The notes below the pieces were generated by a model, which saw only the letters and a list, made by a program, of their open reading frames with translations, made no database searches and had not been told where the DNA came from. Shown piece after piece: positions 48,300-59,660 of a stretch of 64,000 nucleotides of DNA. Every line of letters starts with the position of its first letter. Position 1 is the first letter of the stretch. The DNA is from an uncultured Pelagibacteraceae bacterium (GTDB lineage: Bacteria; Pseudomonadota; Alphaproteobacteria; Pelagibacterales; Pelagibacteraceae), in contig CACFZE010000007.1 in NCBI GenBank assembly GCA_902570695.1, forward strand, positions 11,912-75,911, written 5' to 3'. Made by a program: the position numbers and the translations under genes.

Positions 48300-49853
48300 G
48301 TGTTATATTTTTCTAAATTAAGAGTTTTTAGTGTTTTAATTTTTACACTTATTATTTCATATTTTACTATTTCCAACTTTACAAAAGTTGATGATGAATT
48401 TTTCTCAAAAAATATAAAATTAGGATTAGATCTACAAGGTGGTTCTTATTTATTATTAGAAATAGATAACGAACCAGTCATTACTCAAAGATTGCAAAGT
48501 AAAGTCTTAGAGTTTAAAAAATTTTTTAAAGATAAAGATATTAAGGTTAGAAATTTTGTAATTGAGGATAAGTCAATTATATTCGATGTTGAAAATTCTA
48601 AAATTGATGAAGTTAAATCTCTGTTAGATGATGATAAAAGTGAGATAAATCCATATTTTCAACAATATAAATCCCATCAATTTAACTTTGAAAACATGGA
48701 TACCTCATTCAAGTTAGAATTTTCTGACTATGGATTGGTATTGTTAAAAAATTCTTCATTAGATCAAGCAATTGAAATTGTAAGAAGAAGAGTTGATGAA
48801 GTAGGAACTAATGAGCCAAATATTTTAAAACGAGGTAATGATCGAATTCTTGTTGAGTTACCAGGACTGGATGATCCTGGTAGAATTAAATCTTTATTAG
48901 GTAAAACTGCAAACTTAACATTCCAATTTATATCCAGTAGTTCTGAAGAAACGTTTGGAACAGAAAAACTTTCTTTTGAGGATGGCTCTAGTGAAGCCAT
49001 TGTTAGTAAAAGAATTGTTTTAAGTGGTGATAATCTTATGGATGCCAAGCCAACCATGAATAATCAAACTAATGAGACAGTTGTTTCATTTAGTTTAGAT
49101 AGGGTAGGAGCAAAAAAGTTTGGTAAAGCGACTTCAAATGGTGTTGGAAAAAGGTTGGCAATTGTTTTGGATGGAAAAATTATTAGCGCTCCTGAAGTCA
49201 GAGAACCAATTATTGGAGGAAATGGACAGATATCTGGTAATTTCACCTTTCAATCAGCAACAGATTTAGCTTTACTCTTAAGATCAGGTGCTTTACCGGC
49301 TCCACTTAATATTATCGAAGAAAGAACTGTTGGTCCTGACCTTGGAAAAGACTCAATTAATGCAGGAATTATGTCATTGATAATAGGATTTATCTTAGTC
49401 GTTGCCTTTATGTTTTATAAATATAGATTTTTTGGCTTAATTGCTAACTTAGCCTTAATTTCTAATTTATTTTTATTAGTCGGTATTCTAACATTATTTG
49501 AAGCAACTCTTACACTCCCTGGAATTGCAGGTATTATTTTAACAGTAGGTATGGCTGTTGATGCAAATGTTTTAATTTTTGAGAGAATTAAAGAAGAATT
49601 AAAAAATGAAAATAATTCAATTGTAGCTTTTGATTCTGGTTATACAAAATCACGAACAACAATTTTAGATGCCAATATTACAACTTTAATCGCTGCAGTA
49701 ATCCTATTTTTCATGGGCTCAGGTCCAATTAAAGGATTTTCTATAACACTTGGAGTTGGAATACTTACAACACTATTTTCAGTATATTTCATTGCCCGTT
49801 TGATTACTGCATACTATGTCATCAAAAATAAACATAAGGAAAAACTTATATAA
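48300..49853 (+). CDS. secD: Protein translocase subunit SecD
   Basis: LGLDLQGG, ERTVGPDLG, AVDANVLIFERIKEE. Confidence 0.95.
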   Translation: MLYFSKLRVFSVLIFTLIISYFTISNFTKVDDEFFSKNIKLGLDLQGGSYLLLEIDNEPVITQRLQSKVLEFKKFFKDKDIKVRNFVIEDKSIIFDVENSKIDEVKSLLDDDKSEINPYFQQYKSHQFNFENMDTSFKLEFSDYGLVLLKNSSLDQAIEIVRRRVDEVGTNEPNILKRGNDRILVELPGLDDPGRIKSLLGKTANLTFQFISSSSEETFGTEKLSFEDGSSEAIVSKRIVLSGDNLMDAKPTMNNQTNETVVSFSLDRVGAKKFGKATSNGVGKRLAIVLDGKIISAPEVREPIIGGNGQISGNFTFQSATDLALLLRSGALPAPLNIIEERTVGPDLGKDSINAGIMSLIIGFILVVAFMFYKYRFFGLIANLALISNLFLLVGILTLFEATLTLPGIAGIILTVGMAVDANVLIFERIKEELKNENNSIVAFDSGYTKSRTTILDANITTLIAAVILFFMGSGPIKGFSITLGVGILTTLFSVYFIARLITAYYVIKNKHKEKLI

Positions 49854-50746
49854 TGAAAACAATCTATTTTAATAAGTTTTATAAAAGTTTTAATATACTT
49901 TCAGGTATATTAATCATAGCTTCCTTAGTTTTCTTAGTTTTTAAAGGATTGAATTTTGGTGTTGATTTTAAAGGGGGTACTCTAATAGAGCTAAGGACTG
50001 ACAAATCTTCTGCTAATATAACAAAAATAAGAGATAGTTTTAATCAAATGAATCTTGGTGATGTTTCAGTTAAAAATTTTGGTAATGAAACAGATTTTGT
50101 AGTTAAATTTGAAAAACAAAATTCAAATGACCCTCAATTTATAGAGGAGATAAAAACTAAGCTATCAAATTCTATAGGCACGGTTGATTTTAGAAGAGTA
50201 GAAAATGTTGGGCCAAAGGTTAGTGCAGAACTTTTAAGGTCAGGTGTAATAGCGATAGCTTTATCTTTGGCGGCTATGCTTTTATATATTTGGATCAGAT
50301 TTGAGTGGCAATTTAGTCTTGGAGCTATTTTAGCTTTATTTCATGACGTTATAATTACATTAGGAGTATTTTCTGTATTTTCATTAGAAATCAATCTTTC
50401 AATCGTTGCAGCTGTTTTAACAATAGTTGGATATTCAATGAATGATACAGTTGTAATATTTGATAGAGTTAGAGAAAATTTGCGTAAATATGCAGATATT
50501 AAAATATTCGAACTAACAAATATCTCAATAAATGAAACTTTATCACGAACAATAATAACTTCAGTTACTACATTGTTGGCACTTTTATCTATATTTATTT
50601 TTGGTGGAGAAATATTAAAAGGATTTTCGTTGGCAATGATATTAGGAGTAATTTTTGGAACTTATTCATCTATTTATATTGCAAACCCAGTGTTGGTTTC
50701 TTTAAAAGTTAGCCAAAGAACGATCGTTAAGGAAGAAAAAGAATAA
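49853..50746 (+). CDS. secF: Protein translocase subunit SecF
   Basis: GVDFKGG, GYSMNDTVVIFDRVRE. Confidence 0.95.
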   Translation: MKTIYFNKFYKSFNILSGILIIASLVFLVFKGLNFGVDFKGGTLIELRTDKSSANITKIRDSFNQMNLGDVSVKNFGNETDFVVKFEKQNSNDPQFIEEIKTKLSNSIGTVDFRRVENVGPKVSAELLRSGVIAIALSLAAMLLYIWIRFEWQFSLGAILALFHDVIITLGVFSVFSLEINLSIVAAVLTIVGYSMNDTVVIFDRVRENLRKYADIKIFELTNISINETLSRTIITSVTTLLALLSIFIFGGEILKGFSLAMILGVIFGTYSSIYIANPVLVSLKVSQRTIVKEEKE

Positions 50747-51349
50747 TTAATAAAGATTTTGTGCCGCTACCATTGTTAATAACATTGGTAATGATAAAAG
50801 TGTGTTTGTTCTAGAAAACAGCATTGCAGTCTTTGCCGATTTAGCCTTAACTTCAGGTTCACACTCAACCATACCTAAAGCTCTTTTTTGATTTGGCCAT
50901 ATAACAAACCAAACATTGAATGCCATTATTAATCCTAACCACATTCCGATTCCTATTGCAGTATTTTTTCCGCCACCCGATCCAATTCCTAATGTCATCG
51001 CTTGATGAACGTAACCATTAAAATAGGCTAATAATAATCCTGATATGATTGTAAATAGCGCTGCCCATCTAAACCAAAATAATGCTGCTGGAGCTATAAC
51101 TTTGCCTATTGCTGGTTTTTGTTCGTCTGGAATTTTAGCCATGTTAGGAATTTGAACAAAATTGAAATACCAAAGTAAACCAATCCACATAATACTTACA
51201 GTTACATGTACATATCTTAATAACCAGCTCCAAAATAAAACATCAAAATCAAATCCACCATTACCGATGTAAAGACCAATGAATAGTAATATTGCAATAG
51301 CTAATGATAAATGAATAGTCTTTGATAATGATTGTAATATTGAAATCAT
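50747..51349 (-). CDS. PuuD/Urate_ox_N-like membrane protein without a cytochrome c domain
   Basis: HVTVSIMWIGLLWYFNFV, FRWAA, NVWFVIWPNQK, SRTNTLLS; no CxxCH. Confidence 0.7.
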   Translation of the reverse strand: MISILQSLSKTIHLSLAIAILLFIGLYIGNGGFDFDVLFWSWLLRYVHVTVSIMWIGLLWYFNFVQIPNMAKIPDEQKPAIGKVIAPAALFWFRWAALFTIISGLLLAYFNGYVHQAMTLGIGSGGGKNTAIGIGMWLGLIMAFNVWFVIWPNQKRALGMVECEPEVKAKSAKTAMLFSRTNTLLSLPMLLTMVAAQNLY

Positions 51350-51384
51350 CTATGAAACGATTTTATATTATTTTTCTATAAAGA

Positions 51385-54261
51385 TTAAGCAGTTTTTTTA
51401 AATTTTGTATCTAATAAAGGCTTTAAAAATTTACCTGTATAGCTATCTTTCACTTTTGCAACTTCCTCGGGTTTACCTTCGGCAATAATATTTCCGCCTT
51501 TAACACCACCCTCGGGTCCCATATCTACAATATAATCGGCAGTTTTAATAACATCTAAATTATGCTCAATAACTACAACTGAATTACCCGTTGCAACAAA
51601 GGTGTGCAATATTTCCAAAAGTTTTTTTATATCATGTTGATGTAATCCAGTAGTTGGTTCATCTAATATATACATTGTTCTTCCTGTAGATCTTTTAGAT
51701 AATTCTTTAGCAAGCTTAATACGCTGAGCCTCTCCACCAGAAAGAGTTGTAGCTTGCTGACCAATTTTTATGTAGCCAAGACCAACTTTCTTTAACGTTA
51801 GAAGTTTAGTTTTGATGTTTGAAATATTTTCAAAATACTCACACCCTTCATCAACAGTCATATTTAAAACATCTGCAATACTCTTATCTTTGAATTTAAT
51901 CTCTAATGTTTCTCTGTTGTATCTAGTACCTTTGCATTCATCGCATGTTATGTAAACATCAGGAAGAAAGTGCATTTCGTAAGTAATTACACCATCTCCT
52001 TCACATGCTTCACATCTTCCACCCTTTACATTGAAAGAAAATCTTCCAGGTTTATAGCCTCTACTTTTTGCTTCAGGTAAATTGGCAAACCAGTCTCTTA
52101 TAGGACCAAAAGCTCCAGTATATGTAGCAGGATTTGATCTAGGAGTTCTACCAATAGGTGATTGATCAATATCTATAACTTTATCAATTAATTCTATTCC
52201 TTTAAATCCTCTAAATGGCTGAGGAATTTTTCTAGACTTATTATTATTCAAAGTAAGATTTAATGCATTGTATAAAGTTTGAAGTATCAAAGTAGATTTA
52301 CCACTTCCAGATACACCAGTAACACAAGTGAAACTACCTAAAGGTATTTTTAAATTTACGTTATTTAAATTATTTCCCGATGCACCATTGATTTCTAAAA
52401 ATCTACCATTTTTTGCAAGTCTTCTATTTTTTGGTATAGGTATGAAACTCTTATTTGATAAATATCTTCCAGTAATACTTTTATCATTTTTTAAAATTTG
52501 CTCATAGGTACCTTCGGCAACAATTTCTCCACCTTTATTTCCAGCTTCAGGTCCTAAATCTATTATATGATCTGCATTCTCCATTGTTTCTGTATCGTGT
52601 TCAACAACAATAACAGTATTACCTAAGTCTCTTAATCTTTTTAATGCATCTATAAGCTTAACATTATCTTTTTGATGTAAACCAATTGATGGTTCATCTA
52701 AAACGTATAGAACTCCAGTTAAACCTGATCCTATTTGTGAAGCTAGTCTAATCCTTTGTGCTTCACCACCAGATAATGTTCCAGACTCTCTAGATAAAGT
52801 TAAATAATCAAGACCAACATTTAAAAGAAAATCTAAACGTTCATTAATTTCTTTTAATATATGTTGTGCAATTTTAATTTGTCTTTTATCTAATTTAACT
52901 TCTAAAGATCTAAACCATTCCTTAGCATCAAAAATTGATTTTTCTGTAACTTGGCTAATGTTTAATTCATTTATTTTAACACACAGAGCTTCATCTTTTA
53001 ATCGATAACCATTGCATCTTTCACATTTTGTATCAGATTGATATTGAGCAATTTCTTCTCTTTTCCAATCGCTATCTGTTTCTAAATATCTTCTCTCTAG
53101 ATTATTGACTACACCTTCAAAGGTTTTTTTGTGCGAATATTTTTCATAACCATCGTCATAAGTAAATTTAATTTCTTCATCATCAGATCCATACAAAATT
53201 ACATCCTTAATTTTTTTTGGTAGTTTTGACCATTTATCATCTAATGAAAAACCATAATGTTTAGATAAAGATGCTAATGTTTGGGCGTAATACATTGATG
53301 TAGATTTTGCCCAAGGTTCAATAGCACCATCTGCTATAGATTTTTTTTCATTTGGAACAACTAAATTTGGATCAACATTTAATTTCATTCCAATACCCTC
53401 ACATTCTTCACAGGCTCCGTAAGGACTGTTAAATGAAAAGAGTCTTGGTTCAATTTCTTCAATAGTAAAACCACTTTCAGGACAAGCAAATTTGGTTGAG
53501 AAAATTAATTTTTCAATTTTTCTGTATTTTTTTGGAAGTGTTTCATTTTCATATTCAACGAAAAGTAATCCATTTGCTAAATTAACAGCTGTTTCAACAC
53601 TTTCAGCTAATCTGTTTCCTAATGAGGAATTTATTACAATTCTATCAACTAAAATTGAAATATCGTGTTTAAGTTTTTTATTTAACTCTGGAACACTTTC
53701 AATATCATACAATTGGTCATCAACTTTAATTTTTCTAAATCCTCTTTTTTTATATCCTAATATATCTTTTTTATATTCACCCTTACGTCCTCGCACGACT
53801 GGAGCGTATAAATATATGGTTGATTTTTTTGGTAATTCTTTAATCTTATCAACAATTTGACTAATAGTTTGAGAAGTAATTGGTTTACCTGTAAATGGAG
53901 AATAGGGTATTCCTGCTCTTGCATAAAGTACCCTCATGTAGTCATATATCTCAGTAACGGTTGCAACTGTTGATCTTGGATTTTTAGAAGTATTTTTTTG
54001 TTCTATTGAAATTGCTGGACTCAAACCTTCGATTAAATCCACATTTGGTTTTTTCATTTTGTCTAAAAACTGTCTTGCGTATGCAGATAAACTTTCAACA
54101 TATCGTCTTTGACCTTCTGCATAGACAGTATCGAATGCTAATGATGATTTTCCTGACCCAGATAGACCCGTTATTACAACAAATTTGTCTTTAGGAATCT
54201 CTAGTGAAATATTCTTTAAATTGTGCTCTTTTGCGCCCTTAATAAGTATCTTTTTAAGCAT
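51385..54261 (-). CDS. uvrA: Excinuclease ABC subunit A
   Basis: Two ABC cassettes ([26 protein letters not shown] twice) and Zn fingers. Confidence 0.98.
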   Translation of the reverse strand: MLKKILIKGAKEHNLKNISLEIPKDKFVVITGLSGSGKSSLAFDTVYAEGQRRYVESLSAYARQFLDKMKKPNVDLIEGLSPAISIEQKNTSKNPRSTVATVTEIYDYMRVLYARAGIPYSPFTGKPITSQTISQIVDKIKELPKKSTIYLYAPVVRGRKGEYKKDILGYKKRGFRKIKVDDQLYDIESVPELNKKLKHDISILVDRIVINSSLGNRLAESVETAVNLANGLLFVEYENETLPKKYRKIEKLIFSTKFACPESGFTIEEIEPRLFSFNSPYGACEECEGIGMKLNVDPNLVVPNEKKSIADGAIEPWAKSTSMYYAQTLASLSKHYGFSLDDKWSKLPKKIKDVILYGSDDEEIKFTYDDGYEKYSHKKTFEGVVNNLERRYLETDSDWKREEIAQYQSDTKCERCNGYRLKDEALCVKINELNISQVTEKSIFDAKEWFRSLEVKLDKRQIKIAQHILKEINERLDFLLNVGLDYLTLSRESGTLSGGEAQRIRLASQIGSGLTGVLYVLDEPSIGLHQKDNVKLIDALKRLRDLGNTVIVVEHDTETMENADHIIDLGPEAGNKGGEIVAEGTYEQILKNDKSITGRYLSNKSFIPIPKNRRLAKNGRFLEINGASGNNLNNVNLKIPLGSFTCVTGVSGSGKSTLILQTLYNALNLTLNNNKSRKIPQPFRGFKGIELIDKVIDIDQSPIGRTPRSNPATYTGAFGPIRDWFANLPEAKSRGYKPGRFSFNVKGGRCEACEGDGVITYEMHFLPDVYITCDECKGTRYNRETLEIKFKDKSIADVLNMTVDEGCEYFENISNIKTKLLTLKKVGLGYIKIGQQATTLSGGEAQRIKLAKELSKRSTGRTMYILDEPTTGLHQHDIKKLLEILHTFVATGNSVVVIEHNLDVIKTADYIVDMGPEGGVKGGNIIAEGKPEEVAKVKDSYTGKFLKPLLDTKFKKTA

Positions 54262-54306
54262 AATTTTAGTTGCTTTAGATTAATAAAATTAATATTCAAG
54301 CCTATT

Positions 54307-54324
54307 AATGTTATAAATAACATT
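54307..54324. promoter_or_regulatory. Palindrome in the uvrA/ssb divergent promoter
   Basis: AATGTTAT-AA-ATAACATT. Confidence 0.45.
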
Positions 54325-54341
54325 TCAAATATATAAATATT

Positions 54342-54788
54342 ATGGCAGGAAGCTTAAATAAAGTACTTTTAATCGGTCGATTAGGCGCAGATCCAGAAGT
54401 TAAACAAATGGTTAACGGTAAAAGTGTAGCAAGATTAAGCCTAGCTACTAGTCAATCATGGAAAGATAAAAATACCGGTGAAAAAAAGGAAAAAACAGAA
54501 TGGCATAGAGTAGTTGTTTTCAATGAAGGACTAGTAAATGTAGTTCAACAATATTTAAAAAAAGGAGCACAAGTATACGTTGAAGGACAACTGACTACTA
54601 GAAAATGGAAAGATGAACAATCAGGTCAGGATAAATATTCTACTGAAATTTTAATTCAAGGATACAATTCATCATTAACAATGTTAGGTGGGGGAAATCA
54701 AAATTCAATTCCATCTCAAGATAACAAACAGAGTTTTGATGATAGTTCTATGGCTCAAAACGAGTTAGACGATGATATCCCTTTCTAA
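54342..54788 (+). CDS. ssb: Single-stranded DNA-binding protein
   Basis: [19 protein letters not shown]-terminal DDIPF. Confidence 0.97.
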   Translation: MAGSLNKVLLIGRLGADPEVKQMVNGKSVARLSLATSQSWKDKNTGEKKEKTEWHRVVVFNEGLVNVVQQYLKKGAQVYVEGQLTTRKWKDEQSGQDKYSTEILIQGYNSSLTMLGGGNQNSIPSQDNKQSFDDSSMAQNELDDDIPF

Positions 54789-54792
54789 ATAA

Positions 54793-57366
54793 ATGCAAAA
54801 AAACGAAGTAACTAAGGATTCAAATATCAAACCAATTTCAATGTATGATGAAATGAGTTCATCATATTTATCTTACGCCATGAGCGTAATAATTAGTAGG
54901 GCATTACCCGACATAAGAGACGGTCTTAAACCTGTTCACAGAAGAATTTTATATGCAATGCACAAAGGTGGTTTTGATTGGTCAAAACAATTTAGAAAAT
55001 CTGCAAGAATTGTTGGAGACGTAATTGGTAAATATCATCCGCATGGTGATCAAGCTGTGTATGATGCCTTGGTTAGAATGGTTCAAGATTTTTCAATGAG
55101 TGTTCCTTTAATTGATGGTCAGGGCAATTTTGGTTCAATTGATGGTGATCCACCTGCAGCAATGAGGTATACAGAAACAAAACTTGCAAAAATATCTCAA
55201 TTTTTGATTGATGATATAGAAAAAAATACTGTCTCATTTAAAAGTAACTACGACGAAACTGAGCAAGAACCCACAGTATTGCCTGCTCAATATCCTAATC
55301 TTTTGGTAAATGGAGCCGGAGGTATCGCTGTTGGTATGGCTACTAGTATACCACCACATAATCTTGGTGAAATTATTGATGGAACTTTAGCGCTTATAAA
55401 AAATAAAGATATTAAAGTTAAAGAGTTAATGAAGCATATACCTGGCCCTGATTTTCCAACTGGTGGAGTTATTATTGGTAAAGATATTATTCGAGAAGGA
55501 TACAAAACTGGCAGAGGTTCTTTTAAAATTAGAGGTGAGATAAATGTAGAAAATCTTAAAAATGGTAAAGATAGATTAGTAATTACTTCAATACCTTATC
55601 AAGTAAACAAATCTAACTTAAATGAAAAAATTGCAGAATTGGTTAGAGACAAAAAAATCGAGGGTATAAGTGACATTAGAGATGAATCTAATAGAGAAGG
55701 TATAAGAGTTGCAATCGATCTAAGAAGAAGCGTTGAGCCCGAGACAATCAAAAGACAACTTTATAAATATACATCCATTGAAACCTCGTTTGGTTTTAAT
55801 TCATTAGCCATTGTTGATAATAAGCCTAAAACATGTTCATTAAAAGATTTTTTAGAGAACTTTTTAAAATTTAGAGAAGATGTAGTCATTAAAAAAACTA
55901 AATATGATTTAAAAAAAGCCGAAGATCGTGTTCATGTCTTACTTGGTTTATCTGTTAGTGTAGAAAATATCGATAAAGTAATTAAAATTATTAGATCTTC
56001 AAAAAATCCAGAAGAAGCAAAAAATACTCTTATAAAAACTAAATGGAAAATAACAAAATCTGCAAAATTAATTAAATTAGTTGATAGTAAAAATTATAAA
56101 GGATCATATAATTTATCTGAAACTCAAGTTACATCAATACTAGAACTTAGATTACAAAAATTAACCGCCCTTGGAATTAATGAAATTGAAGACGAAATAA
56201 AAAAATTATCTGAATTGATTACAAAGTATAAAAAAATAATAAATTCTAAAACTGAACTATTAAAAGTAATAAGTAATGAGTTATCTCAAATTAAAGAGAA
56301 ATTCTCATCTCCGAGAAGAACGCAGATTATAGATGCTGTATTAAACTATAATATTGAAGAAACTATTCAAAAAGAGTCTGTAATAATTACAATTACTTTA
56401 CAAGGATACATTAAAAGAGGCGCTTTAAGTAATGTTAAACAGCAAAAAAGAGGTGGTAAAGGCAAAACTGGAATTAAGACAAGAGATGAAGATTCTGTAG
56501 TACAAACATTATCGGTAAACACTCACACATCTGTACTATTTTTCTCTACAGAAGGATTAGCATATAAAGTTAAAGCTTGGAAAATTCCGGAAGGATCAGC
56601 TGCATCAAAAGGTAAGTCTTTATTTAATATTCTTCCTCTAAAAAATCATCAATCAATTAGTTCAATTATGCCATTTCCAGATAGTGATGTTGATACAAAA
56701 GACATGCATATAATTTTTGCAACAAGTGAAGGAAAAATTAGAAAGAATAATCTTGAAGATTTTACCTCAATTAATGCTTCAGGTAAAATTGCAATGAAAC
56801 TTGACGGTAATGATAAAATTATTGGTGTTAAAATTTGTAGAGATGATCAGGATATAATTTTAAGTACTAAATTAGGAAAATGCATAAGGTTTGAGTCAAA
56901 AAAACTTAGAGTTTTCAAAGGTAGATCATCAAAAGGTATAAGAGGTATCAATTTAGCAGAAAATGATACTATTGTATCTCTGTCTATTATTGATCATGAC
57001 TCAAATAAGAAAGCAAAAACTAAGGATCATAAATCAGAAATTAAAGCTAAAGAAAAGTTCATTCTGTCTATTACAGAGAATGGTTATGGTAAGAGAACAT
57101 CTCACTATGATTATAGAGTTACAAATAGAGGGGGAAAGGGAATTATTGGTATTGTCAATTCACAAAGAAACGGGAATGTTTCTTCATCCTTTCCAGTTTT
57201 TGAAGGAGATCAGATATTAATTTCAACAAATAAAGGTAGAGTAATAAGAACAGCTGTTAAAGAAATAAGAATAGCTGGTCGTAATACACAAGGTGTTAGA
57301 ATAATTAAACTGACTGGTGATGAAAAAGTAGTTTCTGCTATTAAATTAGATGATAATCTCATCTAA
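54793..57366 (+). CDS. gyrA: DNA gyrase subunit A
   Basis: AAMRYTE active site; GyrA-box QKRGGKG distinguishes it from ParC. Confidence 0.97.
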   Translation: MQKNEVTKDSNIKPISMYDEMSSSYLSYAMSVIISRALPDIRDGLKPVHRRILYAMHKGGFDWSKQFRKSARIVGDVIGKYHPHGDQAVYDALVRMVQDFSMSVPLIDGQGNFGSIDGDPPAAMRYTETKLAKISQFLIDDIEKNTVSFKSNYDETEQEPTVLPAQYPNLLVNGAGGIAVGMATSIPPHNLGEIIDGTLALIKNKDIKVKELMKHIPGPDFPTGGVIIGKDIIREGYKTGRGSFKIRGEINVENLKNGKDRLVITSIPYQVNKSNLNEKIAELVRDKKIEGISDIRDESNREGIRVAIDLRRSVEPETIKRQLYKYTSIETSFGFNSLAIVDNKPKTCSLKDFLENFLKFREDVVIKKTKYDLKKAEDRVHVLLGLSVSVENIDKVIKIIRSSKNPEEAKNTLIKTKWKITKSAKLIKLVDSKNYKGSYNLSETQVTSILELRLQKLTALGINEIEDEIKKLSELITKYKKIINSKTELLKVISNELSQIKEKFSSPRRTQIIDAVLNYNIEETIQKESVIITITLQGYIKRGALSNVKQQKRGGKGKTGIKTRDEDSVVQTLSVNTHTSVLFFSTEGLAYKVKAWKIPEGSAASKGKSLFNILPLKNHQSISSIMPFPDSDVDTKDMHIIFATSEGKIRKNNLEDFTSINASGKIAMKLDGNDKIIGVKICRDDQDIILSTKLGKCIRFESKKLRVFKGRSSKGIRGINLAENDTIVSLSIIDHDSNKKAKTKDHKSEIKAKEKFILSITENGYGKRTSHYDYRVTNRGGKGIIGIVNSQRNGNVSSSFPVFEGDQILISTNKGRVIRTAVKEIRIAGRNTQGVRIIKLTGDEKVVSAIKLDDNLI

Positions 57367-57860
57367 TGAAAAATATAGCTATCTATCCAGGAACTTTTGA
57401 TCCAATTACTTTCGGCCATATAGATGTCATTAAGAAATCACTTAAGATAGTAGATAAAGTAATTGTAGGTATTTCAGATGGAAATCAGAAAAACTTTCTA
57501 TTTTCATTAGAAGAAAGAATAGAAATTGTTAAAAGAGCTCTTTATAAAGATCTGAAATTTAAAAAGAATAAGGTTGATGTTATAAAATTTAATACTTTGA
57601 CAACAGACCTTTGCAAAAAATATAAATCAAATATCATTTTAAGAGGCCTAAGGGCTGTTTCAGATTTTGAGTATGAATTCCAATTAGCTGGAATGAATAG
57701 AAAACTTAATAATCAAGTTGAGACAATTTTTTTAATGTCAGATGTTGAAAATCAAATAATATCATCCAGATTTGTTAAAGAAATCGCTCAACACAATGGT
57801 GATTTAAAAAAATTTACAACTAAAAGTACAATTAAATCATTGAAAGAGGTTTATGAATAA
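57366..57860 (+). CDS. coaD: Phosphopantetheine adenylyltransferase
   Basis: YPGTFDPITFGH, RGLRAVSDFEYE. Confidence 0.96.
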   Translation: MKNIAIYPGTFDPITFGHIDVIKKSLKIVDKVIVGISDGNQKNFLFSLEERIEIVKRALYKDLKFKKNKVDVIKFNTLTTDLCKKYKSNIILRGLRAVSDFEYEFQLAGMNRKLNNQVETIFLMSDVENQIISSRFVKEIAQHNGDLKKFTTKSTIKSLKEVYE

Positions 57861-58410
57861 ATTTTTAAATATTTTAATTATTTTTTTTATTTTTTTATCA
57901 ACAAATTTAATAGCAAAGGAGAATATAATGATTTTAAAATTAAAAGATGGTGATGTAAAAATTGAAATGTATCCAGATGTTGCCCCAAATCATGTTAAAA
58001 GAATTCAAGAGTTAGCAAATTCAGGACAATACGATAATGTTGTTTTTCACAGAGTAATTGATGGTTTTATGGCACAAACAGGTGATGTAAAATTTGGAAA
58101 TTCATCTTCAAAAGATTTTGATTTAAGAAGAGCGGGTATTGGTGGATCTGATTTACCAGATTTAAATCAAGAATTTAATGACCTTCCTCATGATAGAGGA
58201 ACCGTTTCTATGGCAAGATCATCAGATCCTAATAGTGCCAATAGTCAATTTTTTATATGTTTTAAACCAGCACCTTTCCTGGATAGACAATATACTGTTT
58301 TTGGAAAAGTGATAGAAGGAATGGAATTCGTTGATATGATTACAAAAGGTGATGGCGATAATGGAGCAGTTTCAAATCCAGATAAAATTATTAGTTTTAA
58401 ATCTCAATAA
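57853..58410 (+). CDS. Cyclophilin-type peptidyl-prolyl isomerase
   Basis: FHRVIDGFMAQTGD, SANSQFFI, YTVFGKV. Confidence 0.93.
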   Translation: MNKFLNILIIFFIFLSTNLIAKENIMILKLKDGDVKIEMYPDVAPNHVKRIQELANSGQYDNVVFHRVIDGFMAQTGDVKFGNSSSKDFDLRRAGIGGSDLPDLNQEFNDLPHDRGTVSMARSSDPNSANSQFFICFKPAPFLDRQYTVFGKVIEGMEFVDMITKGDGDNGAVSNPDKIISFKSQ

Positions 58411-58420
58411 TTAATAATGA

Positions 58421-59533
58421 ATGTCATTAAAAGATTTCAATTTTAATGTTCATCACACTCAAAATTATGCAAGAGTAGGAGTTATAGAGACTCATAGAGG
58501 AAATATTAATACTCCTGCGTTTATGCCAGTTGGTACACAAGCAACTGTTAAAGGTGTTTTTTTAGAGGATATTAAAAAAACAGGTAGTGAGATCATCTTA
58601 TCAAATACATATCATCTAATGATAAGACCTGGTGTTGACAGAATCGAAAATGTTGGAGGACTTCATGAATTCATGAATTGTGATCTTCCGATTCTAACCG
58701 ACTCTGGTGGCTTTCAAGTAATGTCTCTGTCGAAATTAAATAAAATTGATAGAGATAAGGGTGCAATTTTTCAATCACATATTGATGGTAAAACTTTTGT
58801 TTTAAGCCCTGAAGAAAGTATAAGAATTCAAAAAGGTTTGAACTCAGACATAGTGATGGTTATGGATGAATGCCCTAAAAATACTAAAGACTATAATAAA
58901 ATTAAAAAATCAATGGAATTGTCATCCGAGTGGGCAAAAAGATCAAAAGATGCATTTGGAATAAATGATCACAAAGGTTTATTTGGAATAGTGCAAGGTG
59001 GATTATTTAACGATCTAAGAATAAAATCCTTAAATAACCTTATTGACATTGGATTTAATGGGTATGCGCTTGGAGGATTGGCAGTTGGGGAAACACAAGA
59101 TGAAATGTTTGACGTTCTTGATGGAATAAAAGATCATATGCCTAAAGATAAACCAAGATATTTAATGGGTGTTGGTACTCCATCTGATATACTCGGAGCA
59201 GTTAAGAGGGGTGTTGATATGTTTGACTGTGTAATGCCAACGAGATCTGGGAGAACTGGTTTGGCTTTTACATGGGAAGGACAAATTCAAATTAGAAACT
59301 CAAAATATAAAAATGATAATACTCCACTGGACAGAAGTGTCACAAAGTTCAATTTAAATAAATATTCTAAGAATTATTTAAATCATTTATTTAATACCAA
59401 CGAAATGTTGGCCTCAATGATTCTGACCCTTAATAACATCAACTTTTATCAAGATTTAATGAGAAACATCAGAGACAATATAAAACATGGTACTTTTGAT
59501 GAATTTCACGATAAGTACATCAATAAATTGTAA
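58421..59533 (+). CDS. tgt: tRNA-guanine transglycosylase
   Basis: FMPVGT, SNTYHL, TDSGGFQ, MDEC, GGLAVGE, DMFDCV; Zn-binding motif absent. Confidence 0.95.
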   Translation: MSLKDFNFNVHHTQNYARVGVIETHRGNINTPAFMPVGTQATVKGVFLEDIKKTGSEIILSNTYHLMIRPGVDRIENVGGLHEFMNCDLPILTDSGGFQVMSLSKLNKIDRDKGAIFQSHIDGKTFVLSPEESIRIQKGLNSDIVMVMDECPKNTKDYNKIKKSMELSSEWAKRSKDAFGINDHKGLFGIVQGGLFNDLRIKSLNNLIDIGFNGYALGGLAVGETQDEMFDVLDGIKDHMPKDKPRYLMGVGTPSDILGAVKRGVDMFDCVMPTRSGRTGLAFTWEGQIQIRNSKYKNDNTPLDRSVTKFNLNKYSKNYLNHLFNTNEMLASMILTLNNINFYQDLMRNIRDNIKHGTFDEFHDKYINKL

Positions 59534-59543
59534 ATTTTTAACA

Positions 59544-59571
59544 TTGATTAATAAAAAAAAATCAATATAAA
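59544..59571 (+). promoter_or_regulatory. Sigma70-like promoter of tRNA-Lys
   Basis: TTGATT-16 bp-TATAAA, 12 bp upstream of the tRNA. Confidence 0.5.
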
Positions 59572-59583
59572 AACGCTTCTTGG

Positions 59584-59659
<76 letters not shown>

Positions 59660-59660
59660 C

